A stretch of DNA of 64,000 bases from an uncultured Actinomycetota bacterium (GCA_963708835.1 CAVPUB010000002.1:216512-280511); one strand, 5' to 3'; positions 40,078-51,384 are shown, counted from the stretch's first letter. Notes: generated by a model from the sequence alone, not told the origin. Translations and numbers: made by a program.

Positions 40078-41337
40078 ATGCCTCAGCCCGATTCGACGCG
40101 GCCGACCAACGCGAGCGCCGGTCACGCGGACACGGTCCCGCCCGCCCGCGGGATCAGCCGAGGCCTCGTGCTGTTGCTGGCGACCGCCTGCGGGACCGCG
40201 GCCGCCAACCTCTACTACGCCCAGCCCCTGCTGCACACGCTGGCCGGCGCCTTTGGCGTGTCCAACGGCACCGCGGGCCTGCTCATCACGATCAGTCAGC
40301 TGGGCTACGTGGTGGGGCTGATGCTGCTCGTCCCGCTCGGCGACCTGCACGAGCGGCGCGGCCTGATCAGCGGCACGATGATCGTGACCGCGGGGGCGCT
40401 GGCGCTCACGGCCGCTGCCCCCGCGTTCGCGGTGCTCGGCGGCGCGCTGGCCGTGGTGGGCGTCACCTCGGTGGTGGCGCAGATCGTGGTCCCGATGAGC
40501 TCCTCGCTCTCGGCCGAGCACGAGCGCGGCTCGGTGGTCGGCACGGTGATGAGCGGCCTGCTCATCGGGATCCTGCTCGCGCGCACCGTCAGCGGGCTGA
40601 TCGCCGCCGCCGTGGGCTGGCGCGTGGTCTTCTGGTTCGGCGCGGTGGCGATGGTGCTCCTGGCCGCGACCCTGCGCCGTGCGCTGCCGCGGGTCCCGCC
40701 CACCACCGATCTCTCCTACGGCGGACTGCTGCGCTCAGTGCTGTCTCTGATCCGCGAGGAGCCCGTCCTGCGCCAGCGGATGATCGTGGGCGCGCTCACC
40801 TTCGGCTGCTTCAGCATCCTGTGGACGTCGCTGGCCTTCCTGCTCTCCGACGCGCCCTACCACTACGGCAACGGGGTGATCGGGCTGTTCGGGCTGGTCG
40901 GTGTCGTCGGCGCGCTGGCGGCGTCGGGCGCGGGCCGCCTCGCCGACCGGGGACACGGCGGCCGCGCCACCACGGTGTCGATGGTCATCATGCTCGCCAG
41001 CTGGGGCGTCATGGCGCTGGGCAAGACCTCGGTGTTCGCGCTGATCGCCGGGATCGCCGTGCTGGACCTGGGCGTGCAGGGCGTCCACATCTCCAACCAG
41101 AGCGCGATCTACGCGCTGCGCCCGGAGGCCCGCAGCCGGCTGACCACCGGCTACATGGTCGCCTACTTCCTCGGCGGCGCCGTCCTCTCTGCGGTGGCCT
41201 CGTCGCTGTATGGCTCCGACGGCTGGGGCGGGGTCTGCATGCTGGGCGGCGCCACCGCGTTGCTCGCGCTCGCGGTCTGGGCCGTCACCGAGGTGGCCGC
41301 GCGCCGGCGGCCTGATCCGGCACAGGCGGTCGTATGA
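40078..41337 (+). CDS. MFS transporter (12-TM type)
   Basis: ATG 40078. Hydrophobic helix pattern, with the MFS loop motif LGDLHERR after TM2. Confidence 0.8.
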   Translation: MPQPDSTRPTNASAGHADTVPPARGISRGLVLLLATACGTAAANLYYAQPLLHTLAGAFGVSNGTAGLLITISQLGYVVGLMLLVPLGDLHERRGLISGTMIVTAGALALTAAAPAFAVLGGALAVVGVTSVVAQIVVPMSSSLSAEHERGSVVGTVMSGLLIGILLARTVSGLIAAAVGWRVVFWFGAVAMVLLAATLRRALPRVPPTTDLSYGGLLRSVLSLIREEPVLRQRMIVGALTFGCFSILWTSLAFLLSDAPYHYGNGVIGLFGLVGVVGALAASGAGRLADRGHGGRATTVSMVIMLASWGVMALGKTSVFALIAGIAVLDLGVQGVHISNQSAIYALRPEARSRLTTGYMVAYFLGGAVLSAVASSLYGSDGWGGVCMLGGATALLALAVWAVTEVAARRRPDPAQAVV

Positions 41338-41348
41338 TCGATAGCTGA

Positions 41349-43415
<2,067 letters not shown>

Positions 43416-43514
43416 GGCCCGCGGCGGTGTGACTTCGTGGCGTCTCGCTTGGGATCGGCGAACGTCAACGACGGCTTTCGAAGGCGGTGGGCCAGTCGCC
43501 CGCGACCTGTCAAA

Positions 43515-43551
43515 CGTGCAAAACCCACCCTGATGCGGCAGGTTTTGCACG
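43515..43551. other. 11-bp perfect stem-loop CGTGCAAAACC-N15-GGTTTTGCACG in a convergent intergenic region
   Basis: Read directly. Part of a 234-nt noncoding gap that also holds an 18/20 direct repeat at 43539..43558 and 43599..43618. Confidence 0.6.
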
Positions 43552-43649
43552 CAGTGCATGTCCCAGATGCATTCCGTGCGAGCCACCGCCACCGATCCCA
43601 GGTTTTTCACGGAGTGCAGGTTGGACGCCCGCCGATCCGCGACGGAGGC

Positions 43650-44477
43650 TCAGCGGCGCAGCGACCGCGAGTCCGTCCCGGTCGCACGCCGCAGGTCGGC
43701 CTCGATGGCCACGGCCGACTCGAGGGCCAGCGGGAGGATGTCGCGCCGCAGGCTGGTCATGGTCCCGCGGCTGGCATGGACCGACACGTTCAACGCGGCC
43801 ACGACCGTCCCGCTGGCGTCGCGGATGGGGACGGCCAGGGAGCGCAGGCCCTCCTCGAGCTCCTGGTCCACGGCGGCCCAGCCCTGCCGGCGCACGCGAT
43901 CCAGCACCGCGCGCAGCGCATCGGCGTCGGTGATCGTGTGGGTCGACAGCGGGCGCATCTCGGTCCGCTCCAGCCGCGCCGACAGCTCGGCCTCGGGCAG
44001 GGCGGCGAGCAGCACGCGACCCATCGACGTGGCGTAGGCGGGCAGGCGGGTGCCGACCGACAGGGTGATGCTCATGATCCGCCGGGTGGGCACGCGGGCC
44101 ACGTAGACGACCTCGGTGTCGTCGAGCACGGAGATCGACGAGGACTCGTTGACCTTGGCCACCAGCGCCTCCATGTGGGGCTGGGCGACCTCGGGCAGGC
44201 TCAGCGAGGATAGGTACGCGTAGCCCAGCTCGAGCACCCGCGGGGTGAGGGAGAACCGCCCGTCGCTGAAGGTGACGTAGCCCAGCTTGGCCAGGGTGAG
44301 CAGGAAGCGGCGGGCCGCCGCGCGGGTGAGGCCGGAGATCCGCGCGACCTCGCTCAGGCCGAGCTCGCGATGCTCGGCATCGAAGGCACGGATGACCAGC
44401 AGCCCACGTTCCAGCGACTGCACGAAGTCGGCACTGCGGGGACGGTCTTCGCTCACGATCTCCTCAGGGGTCAGCAT
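43650..44477 (-). CDS. IclR-family transcriptional regulator
   Basis: N-terminal HTH (LGLSEVARISGLTRAAARRFLLTLAKLGYV) plus an IclR effector domain. Alternative start at 44495. Confidence 0.85.
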   Translation of the reverse strand: MLTPEEIVSEDRPRSADFVQSLERGLLVIRAFDAEHRELGLSEVARISGLTRAAARRFLLTLAKLGYVTFSDGRFSLTPRVLELGYAYLSSLSLPEVAQPHMEALVAKVNESSSISVLDDTEVVYVARVPTRRIMSITLSVGTRLPAYATSMGRVLLAALPEAELSARLERTEMRPLSTHTITDADALRAVLDRVRRQGWAAVDQELEEGLRSLAVPIRDASGTVVAALNVSVHASRGTMTSLRRDILPLALESAVAIEADLRRATGTDSRSLRR

Positions 44478-44520
44478 GCGCAAACTACCCCACAAAGGCT
44501 GTTACGTTTATGCTGCTTTC

Positions 44521-45192
44521 GTGGACAAAATTGTCGACAATGATCAGGGTTCGGAAAGCGACGACCCGGAGCGGCCCGAGGACACCCTGCGGGCCGCCAT
44601 CGTGGCCGGCCAGCTGCTTCCCAACGAGCGCCTGGTCGAGGCCGATCTGACGCGGCGCCTCGGCGTCGGGCGCTCGGCGGTGCGGACCGCCCTGGCGCGG
44701 CTCGAGCACGAGGGCCTGGTCGAGCTCGAGCCCCACCGTGGCGCCCGAGTGCGCTTGGTCAGCGTCCCGGAGGCGGTCGAGATCCTGCAGGCACGCGCCG
44801 CGCTGGAGGGGCTGGCGGTCAACCGGGCCGCGCGCAACGCCACCGACACCGACGTCGCCGACCTGCGGGCGATCCTCGCCGAGATGCGGGCCCTGCTCGA
44901 CGCCGGCGATCTGCTCAAGGCCTCGGACGCCAACGCCGTGCTGCACCGGCGACTGCTCGAGATCGGCGGGCACGCCACGGCCAACCGCCTCATCGACGGG
45001 CTGCGCTCGCAGCTGGTGCGCTTCACCTACCGGACCATCCTCGTCCCCGGCCGCAGCGAGCGCTCCTTCGCTGAGCACACCGCAATCATCGATGCGATCT
45101 CCGCCCACGACGGCGCGGCCGCCGAGCGGGCCATGCGCCGCCACCTGTCCCACGTGGCCGACGCCCTGCGCACCAGCCAGGAGTCCGAATGA
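44521..45192 (+). CDS. GntR-family (FadR/FCD subfamily) transcriptional regulator
   Basis: wHTH ERLVEADLTRRLGVGRSAVRTALARLEHEGLVE plus a helical FCD domain. GTG 44521 is the only in-frame start clear of the IclR gene. Confidence 0.75.
   Translation: MDKIVDNDQGSESDDPERPEDTLRAAIVAGQLLPNERLVEADLTRRLGVGRSAVRTALARLEHEGLVELEPHRGARVRLVSVPEAVEILQARAALEGLAVNRAARNATDTDVADLRAILAEMRALLDAGDLLKASDANAVLHRRLLEIGGHATANRLIDGLRSQLVRFTYRTILVPGRSERSFAEHTAIIDAISAHDGAAAERAMRRHLSHVADALRTSQESE
44531..44540. promoter_or_regulatory. Perfect palindrome TTGTCGACAA (GntR-type operator-like), flanked by GACAA
   Basis: Fits the generic GntR/FadR-family core (GT-Nx-AC in an AT-flanked palindrome). Lies in the IclR/GntR divergent region, at the 5' end of the GntR gene. 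Confidence 0.4.
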
Positions 45193-46130
45193 GCGCAGGC
45201 GACGAGCCCATCGCGGTCTCAGACCGCGCCCGCGAGTTGCTGCGCGGCGCCTACGACACGCACATCCACGTCGCCCCGGACGTCGTGCCGCGCATCGTCG
45301 ACGACGTCACCCTGGCCCAGCGCTTCGCCACGCTGGGGATGGACGGGTTCATCCTCAAGTCGCACTACACCTCGACCGCCGAGCGGGCCAGCGTCGTGCG
45401 CGCCGCCGTCCCGGGCGTCGAGGCGCTGGGCGCGATCGTGCTCAACCGCGCCGTCGGCGGGATGAACGCGCTCGCCGTCGAGGTGGCCGCCCGCGAGGGC
45501 GTACGCACGGTGTGGATGCCCACGGTCGACAGCGTCAACGAGTCCCACGAGCGCGATGCGTGGGCGGGGCACGAAGAGGTCAGGGCCCCGGTGTGGGTCA
45601 AGCTCCAGCTCGAGCTGCGCGAGCAGGGGATCGAGATCCCGCCGGTGCCGGTCGTCGATGACAGCGGCGCGGCCCTGCCCGAGACCCGCGCGGTGCTCGA
45701 TCGGATCGCGCAGCACGGGCTGTTGCTGGCCACCGGGCACCTCGCGCGCGACGAGATCTTCGCCGTCGTCGACGCGGCGCGCGAGACCGGCGTCACGCAG
45801 ATCGTCATCACCCACCCGGAGTTTCCGGCGCAGAGCCTGAGCGTGGAGGATCAGCGCAAGCTGGCCGCACGGGGCGCTCTGCTCGAACGGTGCATGACCA
45901 CCCCGCACACGGGCAAGATCGCCTGGGAGGAGTGGATCGCGCACATCCGCGAGACCGGCCCGGAGCACTCGGTGCTCTCGACCGACCTCGGGCAGGTGTT
46001 CAACCCGCCGGTGGAGGATGGCATGGGGATCATGGTGGACCGCCTGCTGGCGGCCGGGTTCAACGACGAGGAGGTGCAGGTGATGGCAGTGGCCAACACG
46101 CGCCGGGTGGCGGGGGCCGAGCCATGGTGA
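45189..46130 (+). CDS. Amidohydrolase-fold (TIM-barrel, HxH motif) metal-dependent hydrolase-like protein
   Basis: ATGA overlap with the GntR stop. N-terminal YDTHIHVAPD motif. 313 aa. Confidence 0.6.
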   Translation: MSAGDEPIAVSDRARELLRGAYDTHIHVAPDVVPRIVDDVTLAQRFATLGMDGFILKSHYTSTAERASVVRAAVPGVEALGAIVLNRAVGGMNALAVEVAAREGVRTVWMPTVDSVNESHERDAWAGHEEVRAPVWVKLQLELREQGIEIPPVPVVDDSGAALPETRAVLDRIAQHGLLLATGHLARDEIFAVVDAARETGVTQIVITHPEFPAQSLSVEDQRKLAARGALLERCMTTPHTGKIAWEEWIAHIRETGPEHSVLSTDLGQVFNPPVEDGMGIMVDRLLAAGFNDEEVQVMAVANTRRVAGAEPW

Positions 46131-46852
46131 GCGCCGGCACGCCGCGGCGGATGCTGGTCATCGGCGCCCACTCGGCCGACTTCGTGTGGCGCGCGGGCGG
46201 CGCGCTGGCGGTGAGCACGTCACAGGGTGGCGTCGGCAGGGTGATCGCGCTCTCCTACGGCGAGAAGGGCGAGTCAGGCGAGCTGTGGAAGGAGGACGGC
46301 CAGACGATCGAGAACGTCAAGAAGATCCGCCACGGCGAGGCCGAGCGCGCGGCCGGCCATCTCGGCGCCGACTTCCGCTGCCTGGACCTCGGCGACTATC
46401 CGCTGCAGATCGACGGCGAGGCGCTGGAGCGCATCTCCGACGAGATCCGCGAGTTCGCCCCCGACGTGCTGATCACCCACACCGACACCGATCCCTTCAA
46501 CCCCGACCATCCGGTCGCCCACACGGCCGTCGGCCGTGCCCGCAGCCTCGCCGCCGGGGCCGGTGTGCAGAGCGCGTTCACCACCGTCCGCCCGCCGGAG
46601 TTCTTCCTCTTTGAGCCCCACCAGCCCGAGCTGTGCAACTTCACCCCGACCACCTTCGTCGACATCACCGCGGTGATGGACGCCAAGCGCGCGGCGATGG
46701 CCGAGATGAAAGCCCAGAAGTACCTCCATACCTATTACGCCGAGCGCGCCGACCACCGTGGCAACCACGCGCGGCGCTCCTCGGGCAACCAGGACATCCG
46801 CCAGGCCGAGGCCTTCCAGCGGGTCACCCCACAGGTGGTGAGCAGCCTATGA
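46124..46852 (+). CDS. PIG-L/LmbE-family zinc enzyme (deacetylase fold; GalB-type hydratase is possible)
   Basis: MLVIGAHSADFVWRAGG ... HTDTDPFNPDHP motifs of the LmbE family. Overlaps the upstream stop. Confidence 0.8.
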   Translation: MVSAGTPRRMLVIGAHSADFVWRAGGALAVSTSQGGVGRVIALSYGEKGESGELWKEDGQTIENVKKIRHGEAERAAGHLGADFRCLDLGDYPLQIDGEALERISDEIREFAPDVLITHTDTDPFNPDHPVAHTAVGRARSLAAGAGVQSAFTTVRPPEFFLFEPHQPELCNFTPTTFVDITAVMDAKRAAMAEMKAQKYLHTYYAERADHRGNHARRSSGNQDIRQAEAFQRVTPQVVSSL

Positions 46853-47478
46853 CCGACAACGACGCGATCGCAGAGCTGGCCGCACTCGGCTCGGCCACGG
46901 TCTACGAGGCCGGCGGCCGGCGCGGGTACGTCGACCTCGACCTCATCCAGATCCTGGCCGGCACGCGCGTGGCCGGGCCCGCCCGCACGGTCACGTGCGG
47001 CCAGGACGACAACCTCATGGTCCACGCCGCGATGGCCGAGGTCCAGCCCGGCGAGGTGCTCGTGCTGACCATGCCCGAGCCGCGGCCGGTGGCGCTCGTC
47101 GGGGATCTGCTGGCCACCCAGGCCAAGGCCCACGGCGCCGCCGGCATGCTCATCGATGCCTCCGTGCGCGACATCGAGACCCTCGCCGAGCTCGGGCTGC
47201 CGATCTGGGCGCGGTGGGTCCGCGTCAAGGGCGCGACCAAGGACGTTCCCGGCAGCATCGGCGAGCCGGTGCAGGTCGGGGGCGCGACGATCCGCCAGGG
47301 TGACATCGTGGTGCTCGACGCCGACGGCGCGGCCGTCGTCGAGGCCGAGCGCGTCGACGAGGTGCTCGAGGCGTCGCGCCGGCGGGAGGACAACGAACGG
47401 GTCAAGCGGATCAAGCTCCAGGACGGCGTGCTCTCGTATGACCTCGACGGCCTGCGCGAGCGTGTGGAAGGCGCGTGA
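46849..47478 (+). CDS. RraA-like class II aldolase/decarboxylase (HMG/CHA aldolase family)
   Basis: ATGA overlap. GDLLATQAKAHGAAGMLIDASVRD ... KGATKD pattern of the RraA/LigK/GalC family. Confidence 0.8.
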   Translation: MTDNDAIAELAALGSATVYEAGGRRGYVDLDLIQILAGTRVAGPARTVTCGQDDNLMVHAAMAEVQPGEVLVLTMPEPRPVALVGDLLATQAKAHGAAGMLIDASVRDIETLAELGLPIWARWVRVKGATKDVPGSIGEPVQVGGATIRQGDIVVLDADGAAVVEAERVDEVLEASRRREDNERVKRIKLQDGVLSYDLDGLRERVEGA

Positions 47479-47485
47479 TCGACCG

Positions 47486-48514
47486 ATGAATCAGCCACCC
47501 GATCTCGCGCACATCGCCCACGCCGAGCTGCTCACGCCGTTCCCCGACGAGAGCCTGCGCTTCTTCGTCGAGCTGTTCGGCATGCAGATCGAGCACCAGG
47601 AGGGCCAGTCGGTGTTCCTGCGCGGTTGGGGCGAGTACCAGCCCTACGGGCTCAAGCTCACCGAGGCAAAGCTGCCCGGGCTCGGGCACGTCGCCATCCG
47701 CGCCTGGAACCCCGAGGCGCTGGAGCGCCGCGTCACGGGCATCGAGGCGACCGGCCTGGGCGACGGCTGGACCGAGGGCGATCACGGGCATGGCCCCGCC
47801 TACGCGTTCCGCGACCCCGACGGCCACCGCTTCGAGCTCTTCTACGAGCAGGACCGCTACATCCCGCCCGAGGAGCTGCGCCCGCGGCTGCGCAACGTGC
47901 CCCAGCGCCACGTCGACCGGGGCGCGTCGGTCAAGCGCATCGATCACGTCAACATCCTGGCCGCCGACATCGCCGCCAACCGGCGCTTTGCCGAAGAGCA
48001 ACTGGGCTACCGGACCTACGAGCAGGTGATCCTCGACAGCGGTGAGGAGAGCGGCGCATGGATGAGCCTGAGCATCGCCGCTCACGAGCTCATCTACACC
48101 GCCGACCACGCCGGCGGCCACGGCCGGCTGCACCACCTCGCCTGGTTCGTCGACACCCGCGAGGAGTGCCTGCGCGCCGCCGACCTGTTCGTCGACGCCG
48201 ACGTGCCCATCGAGGCGGCCCCGTCCAAGCACGCGGTCGCCCAGGGCATGTTCCTCTACGTCTACGAGCCCGGCGGCAACCGCGTCGAGGTGACCACGGG
48301 GACCCATTTCATCTACGACCCCGCCTATCGGCCGGTTCAGTGGACGCAGGGCGAGCGTGCGCGCGGCCAAGCCTGGGGCGCCAAGACGATCGAGACCTTC
48401 CACACCTACGGCACCCCGCCCCTGGACGGCACCGTGGGACCCCCGATCCCGCCCACCAGCCAGATCCCCGGCGCTCCTCCGGGCACCTACGCCCCCGACG
48501 GCGTCTTCGCGTGA
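47486..48514 (+). CDS. Type I (VOC-fold) extradiol ring-cleavage dioxygenase, catechol 2,3-dioxygenase-like
   Basis: 342 aa, two-domain VOC protein. Metal-ligand contexts IDHVNI, LHHLAWFV and YVYEPGGNRVEV. Confidence 0.85.
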   Translation: MNQPPDLAHIAHAELLTPFPDESLRFFVELFGMQIEHQEGQSVFLRGWGEYQPYGLKLTEAKLPGLGHVAIRAWNPEALERRVTGIEATGLGDGWTEGDHGHGPAYAFRDPDGHRFELFYEQDRYIPPEELRPRLRNVPQRHVDRGASVKRIDHVNILAADIAANRRFAEEQLGYRTYEQVILDSGEESGAWMSLSIAAHELIYTADHAGGHGRLHHLAWFVDTREECLRAADLFVDADVPIEAAPSKHAVAQGMFLYVYEPGGNRVEVTTGTHFIYDPAYRPVQWTQGERARGQAWGAKTIETFHTYGTPPLDGTVGPPIPPTSQIPGAPPGTYAPDGVFA

Positions 48515-49113
48515 GCGACGCCGAGGACCGCCGCGCCATCCACGACCTGGTGCAGAACTGGGTGGTGTGGCGCGACGCCGGCGACTGGGAGCGCTTTGCG
48601 ACCGTCTGGCACGACGACGGCGTGATGATGGCCACCTGGTTTCAGGGGCCGGCGCCGGACTTCATCCGCGTCAGCCGCGAGGGCTTCGAGCGCGGCGTAC
48701 GCATCCTGCACTTCCTCGGCGGCACCTCGGTGGATCTCAGCGGCGACCGTGCCATCGCCCAGACCAAGATGACGATCACCCAGCGGACCACCGTCGAGGG
48801 CGTCGAGTGCGACGTCGTCTGCACCGGGCGGTTCTACGACTTCTTCGAACGCCGGGACGGCCGCTGGGGGCTCGTCCTGCGCCAGCCGATCTATGAGATC
48901 GACCGCCTCACGCCGACAACGCCCGCGCCCACCCCCGGGCCCGAGCTCGATCCCGGGCTGCTCGCCCAGTTTCCGACCGGCTATCGCCATCTCGCCTACA
49001 TCCAGACCAAGATCGGCTACGACGTCAAGCGCGACATGCCGGGCTTGGTCGGCCCCGAGGTGCAGGACCTCTATCGCCGCGGCGCGGCGTGGCTGGCGGG
49101 CGAGCGCGGCTAA
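48511..49113 (+). CDS. SnoaL/NTF2-like fold protein
   Basis: GTGA overlap with the dioxygenase stop. AIHDLVQNWVVWRDAGDWERFATVWHDDG pattern typical of SnoaL-like domains. Confidence 0.6.
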   Translation: MSDAEDRRAIHDLVQNWVVWRDAGDWERFATVWHDDGVMMATWFQGPAPDFIRVSREGFERGVRILHFLGGTSVDLSGDRAIAQTKMTITQRTTVEGVECDVVCTGRFYDFFERRDGRWGLVLRQPIYEIDRLTPTTPAPTPGPELDPGLLAQFPTGYRHLAYIQTKIGYDVKRDMPGLVGPEVQDLYRRGAAWLAGERG

Positions 49114-49123
49114 CGTTTGGAGG

Positions 49124-49711
49124 ATGAGACCCGAGCGGCGAACTCTGGCCGCCGAGGTGTTCGCCGCGGGGCGCGACTACGACGCCGCACAGCCTGACCG
49201 TCTGAACCGGCTGCGCAACGTCGAGCCCGAGACCGCGGAGCTGCTCGCCGTGCTCGTGCGCGCCACGCGCGCGCAGCACATCCTGGAGGTGGGGACCTCC
49301 AACGGCCATTCGACACTGTGGCTCGCGGACGCCGCCGAGGCGGTCGGCGGCCGCGTCGAGACGCTTGACATCGACCCGCGCCGCACCGAGCTGGCCCGCG
49401 CCAACCTGGAGCGCGCCGGGCTGGCCGCCGTCGTGGACTGCCGCACGATCGGCGCCGCCCAGGCGCTGACGGAATACGCCGGCGCCGCCTGGGACTTCGT
49501 GTTCCTGGACGCCGAGCGGCCCGAATACACGGGCTACTGGCCCAACCTGCGGCGCGCGCTGGCCCCCGGGGCGACGCTGGCCATCGACAACGCCATCTCG
49601 CACGAGTCAGAGCTCCAGAGCTTCAACCGGCTGCTCGGCGACGACCCTTACCTGACCAGCGCGTTGGTGCCGATCGGGGCCGGGCTGATCCTCGTCGCGC
49701 TCGACGCCTGA
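49124..49711 (+). CDS. Class I SAM-dependent O-methyltransferase (catechol/caffeoyl-CoA OMT-like)
   Basis: GGAGG immediately upstream of the ATG. SAM motif ILEVGTSNGHSTLWLA and FVFLDAER. Confidence 0.8.
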   Translation: MRPERRTLAAEVFAAGRDYDAAQPDRLNRLRNVEPETAELLAVLVRATRAQHILEVGTSNGHSTLWLADAAEAVGGRVETLDIDPRRTELARANLERAGLAAVVDCRTIGAAQALTEYAGAAWDFVFLDAERPEYTGYWPNLRRALAPGATLAIDNAISHESELQSFNRLLGDDPYLTSALVPIGAGLILVALDA

Positions 49712-49736
49712 GGCGGGGCCACGACACCGCAACGTA

Positions 49737-49756
49737 AGCGGACCCACCGGTCCGCT
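49737..49756 (+). terminator. Perfect 8-bp hairpin AGCGGACC-cacc-GGTCCGCT after the O-methyltransferase gene
   Basis: Read directly. Starts 25 nt after the stop and is followed by ACGATTT. Confidence 0.5.
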
Positions 49757-49767
49757 ACGATTTGCGA

Positions 49768-51303
49768 ATGCCCGCGGGAGCCACCGCCTACGAGCCCGAA
49801 GCACTCGACCGCCAGACGTGGATCGTCGCCGGCGTGGTCATGCTCGGCGCGATCATGTCGATCCTCGACACGACGGTCGTCAACGTCGCGATCGATCAGC
49901 TGGCGGTCGCGTTTCACTCGTCGCTGACCGAGATCCAGTGGGTCATCACCGGCTACACGCTGGCGCTGTGCGCGGTCATCCCGGTCACCGGCTGGGCCGC
50001 CGACCGCTTCGGCACCAAGCGCATCTACCTCACGTCGTTGGTGCTGTTCACGATGGGCTCGATCCTGTCCGGACTGGCCTGGAGCGCCGGCACGCTCATC
50101 TTCTTCCGCGTGCTCCAGGGCATCGGCGGCGGCATGATCATGCCCTCGGTCATGACGATCCTGACCAAGAAGGCCGGCCCGCATCGCATGGGCCGGGTCA
50201 TGGGCATCCTCGGGGTCCCGATGTTGATCGCTCCGATCATGGGGCCGATCCTCGGCGGATGGCTCGTGGACAGCGCCTCCTGGCGCTGGATCTTCTTCAT
50301 CAACGTGCCGATCGGGATCGTCGCGTTCATCCTGGGGATGATCGTGCTCGAGCCCGATCAGTCCCAGCCGTCGCACAAGCTGGACTGGGTCGGCGCCCTG
50401 CTGCTCTCGCCGGGGCTCGCGATATTCATCTACGGCCTCGCCGAGTCCTCCAGCTACGGGTTCGGCTCGCCACGCTCGTGGGTCCCGACGCTCGTCGGCC
50501 TGGTGCTGATCGTCGCCTGGTTCATGCACACCTGGCGCTCGCCCAACCCCCTCATCGATCTGCGCACGTTTGCCCACACCCGCGCGGGAGCCGCCGCGGG
50601 CACCTTCTTCCTGTTCGCCATCTCAGTGTTCGGCAGCATGCTGCTCGTGCCGCTGTACTACCAGACGGTGCGCGGCGCGTCGGCCCTGCAGGCCGGCCTG
50701 CTCCTGGCCCCGGGCGGCCTCGGCGCGATGCTGCTGATGCCCGTCGCCGGCAAGCTGACCGACCGCTACGGCCCGACGTGGCTCCCCGCCACCGGGCTTC
50801 CCCTCGTCGCCATCGGGCTCATCCCGTTCGTCTTCGTGGGCCCGCACACCTCCTACGTGCTCCTCTGCTCCGGCCAGTTCGTCCAGGGCCTGGGGATGGG
50901 CCTGGCGATGATGCCCAACATGACCGCCGCCATGCAGGCGGTGCCGCCGGCGGCCATCGCGCGGACGAGCACGGCGATGAACATCATCCGTCAGGCCGGC
51001 GCCTCGATCGGCACCGCGGTCCTGAGCGTCATCCTCGCCTCGGCGATCACCAGCAACCTGACCGCGATCGTGGGCACGCGCACCACCGGTTCGGGCTCGG
51101 GCGGCCTCGCCACCCTCCAGCACCTGCCCGCGAGCGCGCACGCCGCGATCCAGGGCCCGCTGGCCAGCGCGTTCTCCTCGACGTTCGTGTGGGCGATGGT
51201 GCTCATCCTCGTCGCCCTGATACCGGCGGTGGGGATGGCCATCTCCGGCTTCCGCAAGCCGCTCGCCGCCCGGGTCCCCGAGACCCCGCTCGTGCTGGAA
51301 TAG
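49768..51303 (+). CDS. DHA2-family MFS drug/H+ antiporter (EmrB/QacA-like)
   Basis: LDTTVVNVAIDQL N-terminus and 14-TM pattern. ATG lies 6 nt after the TACGAT hexamer. Confidence 0.85.
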   Translation: MPAGATAYEPEALDRQTWIVAGVVMLGAIMSILDTTVVNVAIDQLAVAFHSSLTEIQWVITGYTLALCAVIPVTGWAADRFGTKRIYLTSLVLFTMGSILSGLAWSAGTLIFFRVLQGIGGGMIMPSVMTILTKKAGPHRMGRVMGILGVPMLIAPIMGPILGGWLVDSASWRWIFFINVPIGIVAFILGMIVLEPDQSQPSHKLDWVGALLLSPGLAIFIYGLAESSSYGFGSPRSWVPTLVGLVLIVAWFMHTWRSPNPLIDLRTFAHTRAGAAAGTFFLFAISVFGSMLLVPLYYQTVRGASALQAGLLLAPGGLGAMLLMPVAGKLTDRYGPTWLPATGLPLVAIGLIPFVFVGPHTSYVLLCSGQFVQGLGMGLAMMPNMTAAMQAVPPAAIARTSTAMNIIRQAGASIGTAVLSVILASAITSNLTAIVGTRTTGSGSGGLATLQHLPASAHAAIQGPLASAFSSTFVWAMVLILVALIPAVGMAISGFRKPLAARVPETPLVLE

Positions 51304-51384
51304 GCTCAGTCCCGGCCCTGCCTCGGCATCGCCGAGGGAACGTCGGTGCCGGTCGACCCGGACTGCGAGCGAAAGGAACTCGAG

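Noticed and set aside
38862-41315. 817-aa plus-strand ORF running through the GGDEF-EAL gene (antisense) and the MFS gene (out of frame)
   Set aside because: It crosses a divergent intergenic region and two well-supported genes. Its composition is dominated by Arg/Gly/Ala/Pro.
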